Notes: generated by a model not told the origin, from the sequence alone. A DNA stretch of 53,335 bases from Candidatus Sumerlaeota bacterium (GCA_021772755.1 JAJFLJ010000235.1:1-53335), one strand, 5' to 3'; counted from the first letter of the stretch, positions 18,503-28,334 are shown. Numbers and translations are program-made.

Positions 18503-21500
18503 GTGGGGCTGCGGTTCGTCATCGGGCCGCCTGGAAGCGGAAAGACGACGTGGTGCGCCGCTTCGGTGCGGCGCGCGGCGCTCGAATCGCCCGACGGACC
18601 ACCGCTGATCCTGCTGGTACCCGAGCAGGCCAGTTATCAGACCGAGCAGCTGCTCCTGTCCGGCGAGCTTGCAGGAACCGTTCGCGCGCGCGTGTTCTCG
18701 TTCCAGCGGCTGGCGCAGTGGGTGTGGTCGGTGGGTCCCGGACCGCAGCGTCCCCATCTGACGGACCTGCACCGGCGCGTCCTGGTGACGGCGATTCTTG
18801 CGAAGCTGCGCGCCGGGGGGCGCGATCTGGCACTGACGAAGATTCGCAGCATCGACCGCGGCGTGGCCGACATGGTGTCGGAACTGAAGTCATTCCGCGT
18901 GACGCCGCGATCGCTGCTGGAACTGTCGGAGCGGTTCGCGAAGTCCGACGCGAACCTCTCGCGCAAGCTCTCGGAGATCGCGGCGGTCGCGACGGAATAC
19001 GACGCGCGCGTCTCCGGGCGTTTCATGGACCCGGAATCGTCGCTGGCATCGCTGCGGGAGGCGGTGGCGGGTCTGGCGGAATTGCAGGGCGCGCGCGTCT
19101 TCGTCGATGGCTTCCACGGATTCACGCCGGTCGAACTGGAAGTGCTGCGCGGTCTTCTGGAGCGCGCAGCGGAGCTTACGGTGACGCTGACGATGGAGCC
19201 GTCGCGCTTCGCCGAACTGCGGGCCGGCACGGAGCCGGACGAGTGGTCGCGTTCGCTGCCGACGGAGGAGACGGCGATGGAACTGCTGGCGCTGGCGGCC
19301 GACGGCGGCACTGCGGTGGAGGAAGTCACCACGCTGCCGGTGGCGCCGGAGGAGACGCGGTTTCGCCGCGAAGCGTTGCGGTTCGCGTGCGCGGAATTTC
19401 GCGCCGACGACCGCAGCCGGGCGCTCGCCGATGCGGAGGGCATCGGATTCGTCGAATGCGGGTCGATGCGCGAAGAAGTGCGCGTGGCGGCGGAGACGCT
19501 GCTGGCCTGGCGGACGAAAGGCTGGCGCTGGGGAGACATGGCGGTGGTCACGCGGTCGCTCGACACCTACGCGCTGGAAGTGGAGAAGCACTTCGCGGCG
19601 CTGGGCATTCCGTGCTTCGTGGACCGCCACGAGGCGCTCGAAACGCATCCCGCGATCCAGGGCACGATCGCGGCCGTGGAGGCGGCTCTCCTCGGTCTGG
19701 CGACGGAGCGGATTCTCGACTTCGCGTCGTCGCGTCTGTTCGACTTTCCGGCGGACGACGTCGCGCGGCTGCAGGAGTTCGTCGGGGAATTCCCGCGCCG
19801 CGCGCGCGAGTGGACCGGCGACGATCCGTGGCCGCAGCCGCCGTCGCGCTCGGCGTTCGGAGACCCGGCAGGTTCCGAAAACCGCCATGAATCGGCGGAA
19901 GGCGATGCGGTCGACCGCACGCGCCGCGCGGTCGTCGCGCCGCTGAAGGAGCTGGAGTCGGCGCTCGAGCGGACCCGTCGCGACGATGGCTGGACGATGA
20001 GGGATTTCATTCTGCCGGTGTGCGATCTTCTGCGCCGCGCGATGCCGGAACCGTCGGACGGGGATGCGAAGGTGCTGAAGCAAACGGGCGCGCTCTTCGA
20101 AGCGATGATCGCGGCGTCGGGCGACGAGGTCTTCGGGCGCGACGTCTTGCTGGATCTGCTGCGGGAGACGCTGTCGGAGCTGCAACTGCCGCGCATTCCG
20201 CCGCGCGTGGACCGCGTGATCGTCGGCCAGGCGGACCGTACGCGGTTTCCGAACGTGCGCGGATCGGTGGTCCTTGGCCTGGCGGAGGGGGAATTCCCGC
20301 CTGCGGGTTCGAACTCGTCGCTTCTGACCGACCGCGAACGCGAGGCTCTCGAGGCCGCCGCGGGCCGCACCGTGCGGTTCCGCCCATCGTCGCGGCGGCT
20401 CTTCCAGCGCGAGGCCTTTCACGCGTGGATGGCGTTCACGCGCGCGTCGGAGGAAATGGTGCTGACGCGGCGGCTTTCGTCCGGCGGAGACGCGCTCGGC
20501 GCGTCGCCGTGGTGGGACGAACTGCTCCGTCTGTTTCCCGGGGCGTCGGTCCGCAGGGACGCGGAGACGGCGGAGCGCGAGAAGGTCGTTCGCGCGCGCG
20601 AAGCCGCCGCCGTCGTGTGTCGCGAGGTATTCGGGACGGAGCGGCGCGGCGCGGTTCCGCCGCCGGTGCCGTGGGAGAAGGTTCTCTCGCGGTTGTCCGC
20701 CGACCAGCGCGGCGAGTTCCTGACGGTGGTGCGCGCGGCGGGTCTGCGCAACCAGGCGCGCCTCGAGCCGGAGCTCGCGCGGCGGTTCACCCCGGAGGAG
20801 TTTCGCACGAGCGCTTCCGCCGTGCAGACGCACCGCCAGTGCCCGTTCCAGTATTTCATGTCGCGGATGATCGGGCCCCGGATCGCGGTCGCGCCGCGCA
20901 TTTCGCCCGCGGACGTCGGGAATCTCGCGCACGCGACGATCAAGGAACTGACGGACCGCTTCATCGGGCGGGGCCAGGCGTTCTGCGACGTCGGCGATGC
21001 GGAGCTGCGCGCGGAAGTCGTCGAATGCTTCCAGGCGCCGCTCGACCGCCTGGCGGCGGCCGGTCTGTTCGAGAGTGCGAGCGCGGGCAACATGGCTCTG
21101 ATGATTCGCGAGCACGTCTGCGGCGTGGCGGCGTACCTGGCGGCGTTGCAGCGCCGCATCGGCGGCAGGCCGAAGTTCGCCGAGGCCGGCTTCGGTTCCC
21201 CCGACGGCATCTGTCGCGTGGAAACGCAGGTCGAGGGCCCCGGCGGCCCGGTGACGGTGCGGCTGCGCGGCCAGATCGACCATGTGACGGCCGGTACCGA
21301 TGCGGATGGAAACGAATGGCTGTTCGTGATCGACTTCAAGCTGACGCAGCGCAGGCAGAACTGGGCGATGGCGGCGGACGGGTCGAACCTGCAGCTGCCG
21401 GTGTATCTGTTCGCCCTCTCGCATCTGCCGGACGCGCGGAGCACGAAACTGGGCGGGGCGTTCTTTCTCCAGGTCGTGTCGAAGGAGGAGGAACCGCGTC

Positions 21501-21868
21501 GCTTGTACGGAATCGCGCCGGTTCGCGCCACGGCGGCGTTCGATCTGGGCGAGGGCGGCGACGGAGAGAAGTTCCTCCACTTCGGGTCGAAGCCGCACGA
21601 GAAGACCGCAACGCAGGGCGAAGTCGTCAGCGACCGGCAGTTCGACGCTCTTCTGGAGAAGACGGAGGAGTCGATCCGGCAGCGCGTGCGCGAGATTCTG
21701 TCGGGCAACATCGAGGTGCGGCCCGCGATCGCCGGAAAGACGACGCCCTGCTCGTGGTGCGACTACCGCAAGGCGTGCCGCCTGGACTATTCGATGAACT
21801 CGCGGCGCCTGATCGCGGCGACGCGCCGCGCGGACGCGATCGAATCGTGGCTCGGGCCGGCGCAATAG
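18503..21868 (+). CDS. addB: AddB/RexB subunit of the AddAB helicase-nuclease
   Basis: N-terminal Walker A GPPGSGKT; LLVPEQASYQTE; FVDGFHGFTP; RecB-type nuclease motifs RGQID...VIDFK...LQLPVY; Fe-S staple cysteines CPFQYF and CSWCDYRKAC. Confidence 0.9.
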   Translation: MGLRFVIGPPGSGKTTWCAASVRRAALESPDGPPLILLVPEQASYQTEQLLLSGELAGTVRARVFSFQRLAQWVWSVGPGPQRPHLTDLHRRVLVTAILAKLRAGGRDLALTKIRSIDRGVADMVSELKSFRVTPRSLLELSERFAKSDANLSRKLSEIAAVATEYDARVSGRFMDPESSLASLREAVAGLAELQGARVFVDGFHGFTPVELEVLRGLLERAAELTVTLTMEPSRFAELRAGTEPDEWSRSLPTEETAMELLALAADGGTAVEEVTTLPVAPEETRFRREALRFACAEFRADDRSRALADAEGIGFVECGSMREEVRVAAETLLAWRTKGWRWGDMAVVTRSLDTYALEVEKHFAALGIPCFVDRHEALETHPAIQGTIAAVEAALLGLATERILDFASSRLFDFPADDVARLQEFVGEFPRRAREWTGDDPWPQPPSRSAFGDPAGSENRHESAEGDAVDRTRRAVVAPLKELESALERTRRDDGWTMRDFILPVCDLLRRAMPEPSDGDAKVLKQTGALFEAMIAASGDEVFGRDVLLDLLRETLSELQLPRIPPRVDRVIVGQADRTRFPNVRGSVVLGLAEGEFPPAGSNSSLLTDREREALEAAAGRTVRFRPSSRRLFQREAFHAWMAFTRASEEMVLTRRLSSGGDALGASPWWDELLRLFPGASVRRDAETAEREKVVRAREAAAVVCREVFGTERRGAVPPPVPWEKVLSRLSADQRGEFLTVVRAAGLRNQARLEPELARRFTPEEFRTSASAVQTHRQCPFQYFMSRMIGPRIAVAPRISPADVGNLAHATIKELTDRFIGRGQAFCDVGDAELRAEVVECFQAPLDRLAAAGLFESASAGNMALMIREHVCGVAAYLAALQRRIGGRPKFAEAGFGSPDGICRVETQVEGPGGPVTVRLRGQIDHVTAGTDADGNEWLFVIDFKLTQRRQNWAMAADGSNLQLPVYLFALSHLPDARSTKLGGAFFLQVVSKEEEPRRLYGIAPVRATAAFDLGEGGDGEKFLHFGSKPHEKTATQGEVVSDRQFDALLEKTEESIRQRVREILSGNIEVRPAIAGKTTPCSWCDYRKACRLDYSMNSRRLIAATRRADAIESWLGPAQ

Positions 21869-21872
21869 GCGG

Positions 21873-22718
21873 CTACGCCAGCAGGTCGGCCATGCGCAGG
21901 GCATCGCGAGTTTCGCGGACGTCATGGGTGCGGAGGACGTTCGCCCCGCTGCGCGCGCAGTGCAGAGCCGCGGCCAGCGAACCGCCCAGGCGGTCGGCCG
22001 CATCGGGACGCCCCAGCAGCTTGCCGAGGAAGGACTTGCGCGATGCGGACACCAGCAGCGGGCAGCCGAGCTCCAGAAACTCGCCGAGGCTTCGCAGCAC
22101 CTCCATGTCGAATTCGTACCAGGGAGCGGTCTGGCTTCGGAAGAAGCCGATGCCGGGATCGAGGACGATGCGCTCGCGCGGGATGCCGACTTCCTCCGCG
22201 CGGCGGAGCGCTGCGCGAAGCTTTAAGACGACGACACCGGCGGGCTTGGCGGACTGGGCGGTTTCGCCGGGGCGTTCGCTCGCCATGAGAACGACGGGCA
22301 CGCCCCGCTGCGCGACGAGCCGCGCCATGCCGGGATCGGCGGCGAAACCCGAAACGTCGTTGATGGCATCCGCTCCGTTGTCGAGCGCGGCTGCGGCGAC
22401 TTCCGCGCGCTGGGTATCCGCGGTGATGGGAAGCTCCGTGACGCCGCGCGCCGCCTCGATGGCGCGGAGCATGCGCTCGCGCTCGATGTCGGCGGAGACT
22501 TCGGCGTCCTTGTAGGGGGCGGTGGACATGGCTCCGATATCGACGATGTCGGCTCCTTCGTCCCCGGCGCGGCGCACGGCGTCGGCGACGGCCTGGGCGG
22601 ACGCGGCGACCGATGCGGAGTAGAAGGACTCCGGGCTGGCATTGACGATGGCCATCAGGCGGACGGGCTCGCCGGGGCCGATGGCGGTGTTGCGGAGATG
22701 GACGGGTGGTGTGGGCAT
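21873..22718 (-). CDS. folP: Dihydropteroate synthase (archaeal-style motifs)
   Basis: MAIVNASPESFY, GADIVDIGAMSTAPY, INDVSG, VLDPGIGF, SASRKSFLG, and LRTHDV. Confidence 0.9.
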   Translation of the reverse strand: MPTPPVHLRNTAIGPGEPVRLMAIVNASPESFYSASVAASAQAVADAVRRAGDEGADIVDIGAMSTAPYKDAEVSADIERERMLRAIEAARGVTELPITADTQRAEVAAAALDNGADAINDVSGFAADPGMARLVAQRGVPVVLMASERPGETAQSAKPAGVVVLKLRAALRRAEEVGIPRERIVLDPGIGFFRSQTAPWYEFDMEVLRSLGEFLELGCPLLVSASRKSFLGKLLGRPDAADRLGGSLAAALHCARSGANVLRTHDVRETRDALRMADLLA

Positions 22719-22729
22719 GGGGGATGCGC

Positions 22730-22770
22730 TGGGGAAAACCCTGTGGAAAAGTCGCGTTGTCTGTGGATAT
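22730..22770 (-). promoter_or_regulatory. Cluster of three co-oriented DnaA-box-like 9-mers
   Basis: Minus-strand TTTTCCCCA (22730-22738), TTTTCCACA (22742-22750, exact match to TTWTNCACA) and ATATCCACA (22762-22770), in the folP-dnaB divergent gap. Confidence 0.55.
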
Positions 22771-23006
22771 CCTGTGACGGGCGTGGGGAGCGTGTCATCA
22801 GCGGATTTTACCGTTCGGTTTCCGCTCTTGCCCCGTTGACTTCGATGGCGTGGGGGGCTTGGCTGCGCGCCTCGGAACCGGGGGCGCGCCACTCCGTTTT
22901 CCAGTTGGCGCAGTCGATCGTCGAGGTCTCCCGATCCGGTTCCCGTTCCGGCGAGCACCTCGGTTCCGGGACTTGGCGAACACACGCGATACCGATGGGG
23001 GCATTC

Positions 23007-24422
23007 ATGGCGGAAGGACCGGGTCAGTCGGCGGGAGGCGGAGCGGGCCACCGCGCGGAGCAGCGTTTCTGGCCTCACAACGTGGAGGCCGAGCGCGCCG
23101 TGCTGGGTTCCATGATGCTGGACCCGGACGTGATTCCGGAAGTGATGCGCCTGGTGCGGGTCGAGGACTTCTACGAGAACGCGCACCAGATTCTCTACCG
23201 CCGAATCCTCGAACTGCACGACGCCGGCAAGCCGGTGGAGCTGACGCTGCTGACCGACGCGCTGCGGCGCGCGGGCGAGCTGGACTCGGTCGGCGGCTAC
23301 GTCTATCTGGCGACGCTGGAGCAGTTCGTTCTCTCGACGAGTGCGGCGCCGGAGCACGCGCAGATGGTGCGCGACAAGTCGGCGTCGCGGCGGCTGATGA
23401 GCGTGGCGGAGACCGTTCTGCGGGAGACCAGCGACGAGCGGCGCGAGGTCGCCGACCAGATTCGCATGGCGGAAGCGCTGCTCTTCGAGGTCGGCGAGCA
23501 GCACCGCACCAGCGAGTTCCAGGACCTGAAGTCGCTCATGGAGGAATCCATCGGCGAGATCGCCCATCTGTACGAGACGCGCGAGCCGAAGACGGGGCTG
23601 AAGACGCACCTGAAGGACCTCGACCGGATCCTCGGCGGGTTCGAGCCGTCGGCGCTGGTGATTCTCGCCGCGCGGCCCAGCATCGGCAAGACGGCGCTGG
23701 CGCTGAACATCGTGCGCAACGTGGCGGTCGAGGACAATCTGCCGGTGGGGTTCTTCTCTCTGGAAATGGGGGCGGAGCAGCTCGGCCTGCGGTTGCTTTG
23801 CAGCGAGGCGCGGGTTTCCGGACAGAAGGTTCGCAAGGGGCAGCTGAAGGAAAGCGAGTGGGCGACGATTCGCGAGACGGCGAGCCGTCTGATGGACGTG
23901 CCGATGTACATCGACGACTCCGCGGGTCTGACGATCATGGAGCTGCGGTCGCGGGCGCGCCAGCTGAAGCAGAAGCGCCCGGACCTGGCCCTCATCGTGG
24001 TGGACTACCTGCAGCTGATGCAGGGTCCGCCGGGACGGCGCGAATCGAACCGCCAGCAGGAGGTCTCGGAAATCTCGCGCGGGCTGAAGCTGCTGGCGAA
24101 GGAACTGGGGGTGCCGGTGCTGGCGCTGAGCCAGTTGTCGCGAAACATCGAGCAGCGGAGCGGCAAGGAGAAGAGCGCGACGCCGATGCTGAGCGACCTG
24201 CGGGAATCCGGCAGTATCGAGCAGGACGCCGACATCGTGATGTTCGTCCACCGCGAGCGCATCGAGATCCAGAAGGACGAACAGGGCCGCACGCCCGACC
24301 GCCAGCTGCCGATTCCCACGGAGATCATCGTCGGCAAGAACCGCAACGGTCCCATCGGGTCCGCCGAGATGCTGTTCATTCCCGACTTCACGCAGTTCGT
24401 CGATGCGCTGATGGACCGCTGA
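23007..24422 (+). CDS. dnaB: Replicative DNA helicase DnaB
   Basis: PHNVEAERAVLG, LAARPSIGKT, FFSLEM, IVVDYLQLM, ALSQLSR, SDLRESGSIEQDAD, KNRNGPIG. No intein seen. Confidence 0.97.
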   Translation: MAEGPGQSAGGGAGHRAEQRFWPHNVEAERAVLGSMMLDPDVIPEVMRLVRVEDFYENAHQILYRRILELHDAGKPVELTLLTDALRRAGELDSVGGYVYLATLEQFVLSTSAAPEHAQMVRDKSASRRLMSVAETVLRETSDERREVADQIRMAEALLFEVGEQHRTSEFQDLKSLMEESIGEIAHLYETREPKTGLKTHLKDLDRILGGFEPSALVILAARPSIGKTALALNIVRNVAVEDNLPVGFFSLEMGAEQLGLRLLCSEARVSGQKVRKGQLKESEWATIRETASRLMDVPMYIDDSAGLTIMELRSRARQLKQKRPDLALIVVDYLQLMQGPPGRRESNRQQEVSEISRGLKLLAKELGVPVLALSQLSRNIEQRSGKEKSATPMLSDLRESGSIEQDADIVMFVHRERIEIQKDEQGRTPDRQLPIPTEIIVGKNRNGPIGSAEMLFIPDFTQFVDALMDR

Positions 24423-24442
24423 GCGCGCGCGGGCGGGAAGGC

Positions 24443-25840
24443 TCAGTCCACCACGAGAACGGCTTCCGCTTCGGCGTCCCGCATCGCGGATTCGGGATCG
24501 AGAAACAGGGCGAGCGGGGCGAAGTCGAATTCGGGGTTGGCGACGCTCCAATCGGCGAACCGCTCGACGCCGCCGGGCTCGTTGCCGTTTCCGTGGACCA
24601 GCAGAATGCTGCCGCCGCGCGCGTCGATGCGCGTGGGCGGGCGGTTCGTGCGCATTCCCGACACCCATGACTCGCAGTCCACGGGCACCAGCGCGAGATC
24701 GATGATGGTTTCCAGGCGGGTCTTGTCGTGGATCAGGCCGGGGAAGCGGTACGCGATGCCCGGAGCGATGCCCCATTCGAGCATGAGCTTCTCTTGGGCG
24801 AGCGTGTCTCCGCGGAGCGATGCCGGGTACCATGCGTTCATGAAGTTGCCGGACTTCGGATGGTCCCAGGAATGGAGTCCCCAGGTCTGGTGGTAGTCGC
24901 CCCGGTCTTCGCGGCGCAGCAGGTCGTCGAGGGCGAAGGGGTATTGCTGCATCCAGCGTCCGGTGACGAACTGCGTGACGGAAGCGGTGCGGCCGGCGGC
25001 GGCGCGTTCGGCGACCATGTCGTAGAGGCGGGACTCGCAGGGGCGCAGTGACCAGCAAAGATCGGACGTGAGTGCGACGCTGTCGGCGAGGCGGTCGCGC
25101 GGACCGTGGCGAATGGCGCGTTCGTTCTTCGCGAGCGCCCGCGCGGCCGCGAACAGGCGCGCGATGCGGGTCGCTTCGACGTCGATACCGGTGGACGACG
25201 CGGCGAGGCGGTCGGCCTCGACCAGGAAGCTTTCGAGCATCTCGTCGTCGATGGTGACGACCAGCCATGGAACGCCGTCGAGCCAGACGGTTCGGCGGAC
25301 GACCAGCACCGTGTCGCCGGGGAGGGCCACGGAGCGGGCGTAGCGGCCGCGCCGGGCGGAGACTTCCAGCGACCGGGTCAGACGTGCGGCCCGCCACTCG
25401 GGGCGAAGCCGTTCGACGCGGGCGAAGGGATAGTCGCCGAAGGGGTCCCGGCGGCCAAGCTCCAGCCGCTTGTCGTCTGCGGCGAGAACGAGCGGGTCGG
25501 TCGTGACGATTTCGTACCCGAAGAGCGGCGCGCACGGTTCTACTGGAACGAACCATTCTTCGCCATCGACGAGAATCGGACGCTCGAAGTGGTGGACCAT
25601 GCCGTCGCGGTCGCGAATGCGGTCGCCGCCGTTCTCGACGATGAGGTCGCGGTCCGGCAGGGCGATCACGATGTGGCGCCCCCAATGGGTCAGTTCGGTG
25701 GTGCCGTTCAGGAACCCCTCGCCCGTCAGGTCCTTCAGCGAGACATAGTCCGCGCCGCGAAAGCGCAGGGCGTCGGCGCACCAGGCGGCGGCGCAGCAGA
25801 ACTGGAGAACGATGGCGGCAGCGAGTAGGCGATGGTTCAC
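24443..25840 (-). CDS. Secreted polysaccharide deacetylase-like (NodB fold) protein with N-terminal accessory domains
   Basis: Signal peptide; copper-amine-oxidase-N-like segment (PILVDGEEWFVPV); C-terminal VALTSDLC, HSWDH, YRFPGL and ILLVHGNGNEP. Confidence 0.72.
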   Translation of the reverse strand: MNHRLLAAAIVLQFCCAAAWCADALRFRGADYVSLKDLTGEGFLNGTTELTHWGRHIVIALPDRDLIVENGGDRIRDRDGMVHHFERPILVDGEEWFVPVEPCAPLFGYEIVTTDPLVLAADDKRLELGRRDPFGDYPFARVERLRPEWRAARLTRSLEVSARRGRYARSVALPGDTVLVVRRTVWLDGVPWLVVTIDDEMLESFLVEADRLAASSTGIDVEATRIARLFAAARALAKNERAIRHGPRDRLADSVALTSDLCWSLRPCESRLYDMVAERAAAGRTASVTQFVTGRWMQQYPFALDDLLRREDRGDYHQTWGLHSWDHPKSGNFMNAWYPASLRGDTLAQEKLMLEWGIAPGIAYRFPGLIHDKTRLETIIDLALVPVDCESWVSGMRTNRPPTRIDARGGSILLVHGNGNEPGGVERFADWSVANPEFDFAPLALFLDPESAMRDAEAEAVLVVD

Positions 25841-25956
25841 GGGGAGAACGGCACTCCTGGGAACAGCCTGCGGAACCGGCCGCGAGGGGTAAACGGCAAA
25901 CTGAACCGTCGTTCCGCTTGCCGACGCCGCGATGCGACAGGCGGAATCCCCGCGCC

Positions 25957-27375
25957 ATGACCGACATCGACCAGCACCCCGCAAAAACAGCGTTCCGAAA
26001 GCCCAAACGGGGCGAGGAGATCGAACTGACGATCGACTCGCTGGCTTTCGGCGGACGGGGCGTGGCGCGCCTGGAGGGCTACGTCGTGTTCGTGCCGCAC
26101 GTGGCCCCGGGCGACCGGGTTCGGGCGGTGGTGACCAAGCGCAAGTCCTCCTACGCGGAGGCGGACCTGGTGGAGGTTCTTTCGCCGGCGTCCGAGCGGA
26201 TCGACGCGCCCTGCTCGGTCTTCGGACGGTGCGGCGGATGCAACTGGCAGATGCTGCCCTACGCGGATCAGCTTCGATGGAAGGAGCGGATCGTCCGCGA
26301 CTCGCTTCGTCCGGTGCAGAACCTGCAGGAGACGCCCATCGCGATCGACCCCATCGTCGCGAGCCCGGACGCGTTCCACTACCGCAACAAGATGGAGTTC
26401 ACGTTCGGACAGGAAGGCCCGGACGCGCCGCTGAAACTCGGGTTTCACATGCCGGGGAACTGGAAGCACGTTCTCGACGTGGAGAAGTGCTGGCTGATGC
26501 CGGAGCCGCTGAACGCGCTGCTGGGCGCCGCGCGGGCCGAGGGCGAACGCCAGAAGCTGGCGGCGTGGAATCCGGTGCGGCATCATGGGATGCTGCGGCA
26601 GCTGCTGATCCGCTGGAGCGTGTACGAACAGCGCGCCCTGGTGGCGGTGCTGACGGGCGAGCGCGGCGGGTTCGACTTCGACGCGTTCCGCACGGCGCTC
26701 GTGGCGGCCTGTCCCCAGGTGAAGTGCGTGGTGCGGGGGCTGAACGCCGGCCGCAGCGACGTGGCGCGGGCCGACGAAATCCTGGACTCGTGGGGCGAGG
26801 ACACCATCGAGGAACGCATCGGCGACCTGAAGTTCCGCGTTTCGCTGAACTCGTTCTTCCAGACGAACACGCGCGGCGCCGCGGAACTGTACCGCGCGGC
26901 GAAGGACTATCTCGACCTGACGGGCTCGGAACGGATTTTCGACGCGTATTGCGGAACGGGAACGATCGGCATCTTCTGCGCGGACGCCGCGCGCGAGGTC
27001 TTCGGAATCGAACTCGTGCTCGACGCGATTCGCGACGCGCGGGAGAACGCCGACCGCAACGGCCTGGCCAACTGCACGTTCATGGCGGGGGACATGGCGG
27101 TGACGCTGCCGAAGCTGGAGGCCGCGGTTCCGGGCCGCTTCGACCGCGTCGTGGTGGACCCGCCCCGGGGCGGCATGGACAAGAAGGCGCTGGCGAGACT
27201 CGTCGCGCTGCGCGCACCGGTCCTGGTGTACGTCTCGTGCAACCCGACGACGATGGCGCGCGACATGGAGCAGATCGCCGGCGGCGGATACAGGATCGAA
27301 CGCGTCCGTCCGGTGGACATGTTCCCCCAGACCTATCATATCGAATGCGTGGCACGGTGCGTCCTTGAGCGATAA
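25957..27375 (+). CDS. rlmD: 23S rRNA (uracil-C5)-methyltransferase RlmD/RumA
   Basis: TRAM domain; CSVFGRCGGC; YRNKMEF; SFFQTN; DAYCGTGTIG; VDPPRGG; YVSCNP; DMFPQTYHIE. Confidence 0.95.
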   Translation: MTDIDQHPAKTAFRKPKRGEEIELTIDSLAFGGRGVARLEGYVVFVPHVAPGDRVRAVVTKRKSSYAEADLVEVLSPASERIDAPCSVFGRCGGCNWQMLPYADQLRWKERIVRDSLRPVQNLQETPIAIDPIVASPDAFHYRNKMEFTFGQEGPDAPLKLGFHMPGNWKHVLDVEKCWLMPEPLNALLGAARAEGERQKLAAWNPVRHHGMLRQLLIRWSVYEQRALVAVLTGERGGFDFDAFRTALVAACPQVKCVVRGLNAGRSDVARADEILDSWGEDTIEERIGDLKFRVSLNSFFQTNTRGAAELYRAAKDYLDLTGSERIFDAYCGTGTIGIFCADAAREVFGIELVLDAIRDARENADRNGLANCTFMAGDMAVTLPKLEAAVPGRFDRVVVDPPRGGMDKKALARLVALRAPVLVYVSCNPTTMARDMEQIAGGGYRIERVRPVDMFPQTYHIECVARCVLER

Positions 27376-28330
27376 GACGACACTCCTCGACGAGGAAACG
27401 CTGGCGGAACTCGCGGACCCCTCGGCGCGCGCGGGGCGGACGATGCCCGAGCGCCTCTGGCGCAGCCGCGAGCTGATCTTCACGCTCGTGAAGCGCGACC
27501 TGAAGGTGCGCTACAAGTCGACGGCGCTGGGCTTTCTCTGGTCCTTCGGGAGGCCGCTCTTCCTGATGATCGTCATCGCGGCGGTGTTCAGCGTTCTGGG
27601 CGGAATCGGCGCCAGCCACCAGATGCTGCCGTATCCGCTGCACGTCCTGACCGGCATTCTGCCCTGGTTCTTCTTCGCGGCGTCCCTGCAGGACTCGACG
27701 CACTCGATTCTCGGCAATTCGAACGTGGTGAAGAAGGTCTGGCTGCCGACGGAGGTGTTCCCCGCGACGGCCGTTCTCGGCCAGTTCGTGCACTTCGTCC
27801 TGACGCTGCCGCTGCTGGGTGCGTTCGTCCTGGCGTTCGCCGCGCTCAAGGACATTCCCGAGGGTCTTCCCGGGGCGGGCGATCCGCTCGGACTGTGGCT
27901 GGCGCCGGACTGGTCGGTGCTGCTGCTGCCTTTCGTCGTGCTGGTCCAGGCGATGTTCACGTTCGCCATCGCGCTGATCCTCGCGTCGCTGAACGTGTTC
28001 TACCGCGACGTGGGGTCGATCGCGGAGATCGTGATCTCGGCCTGGTTCTACATCACCCCGATCATCTATCCCGCGAACCAGATTCGCGAGCTGCTCCAGG
28101 GCGGATTCGGCGAGTGGGTGTACTACTCGTACCTGATCAACCCGATGACGCCGGTGGTGCTGGCGTACCGGCGGCTTCTGTTCGGGCGCATCTTCAGCGG
28201 GGCGCCCGAGGTCTCGGATTCGACGATCGCGCTGGGCATGGGCGTGACGTGTCTGACGACGATCGTCCTGATGGGTATCGGCATGGCGGTCTTCAACCGC
28301 ACGTGCCGCAGATTCGCGGACGAACTGTAG
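27365..28330 (+). CDS. ABC-2 type polysaccharide export permease (Wzm/TagG-like)
   Basis: LVKRDLKVRYKSTALGFLWS, LNVFYRD, FYITPIIYP and INPMT. TTG start overlaps the end of rlmD. Confidence 0.9.
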   Translation: MSDKTTLLDEETLAELADPSARAGRTMPERLWRSRELIFTLVKRDLKVRYKSTALGFLWSFGRPLFLMIVIAAVFSVLGGIGASHQMLPYPLHVLTGILPWFFFAASLQDSTHSILGNSNVVKKVWLPTEVFPATAVLGQFVHFVLTLPLLGAFVLAFAALKDIPEGLPGAGDPLGLWLAPDWSVLLLPFVVLVQAMFTFAIALILASLNVFYRDVGSIAEIVISAWFYITPIIYPANQIRELLQGGFGEWVYYSYLINPMTPVVLAYRRLLFGRIFSGAPEVSDSTIALGMGVTCLTTIVLMGIGMAVFNRTCRRFADEL

Positions 28331-28334
28331 CGCC

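Noticed and set aside
18503-21868. Cas4-like or defence nuclease interpretation of the Fe-S PD-(D/E)XK domain
   Set aside because: The full AddB architecture (Walker A, VPEQ, inactive helicase body) explains it.
18890-22515. 1037-aa minus and 831-aa plus ORFs over addB
   Set aside because: Antisense or alternate-frame artefacts of GC-biased codon usage.
22719-23006. oriC call
   Set aside because: Only three boxes, no AT-rich unwinding element, and no dnaA or dnaN nearby. Kept only as a DnaA-box cluster.
21873-26006. 1377-aa minus-strand ORF
   Set aside because: Only the last 281 aa are FolP. The rest is antisense to dnaB or out of frame with the deacetylase, a high-GC shadow ORF.
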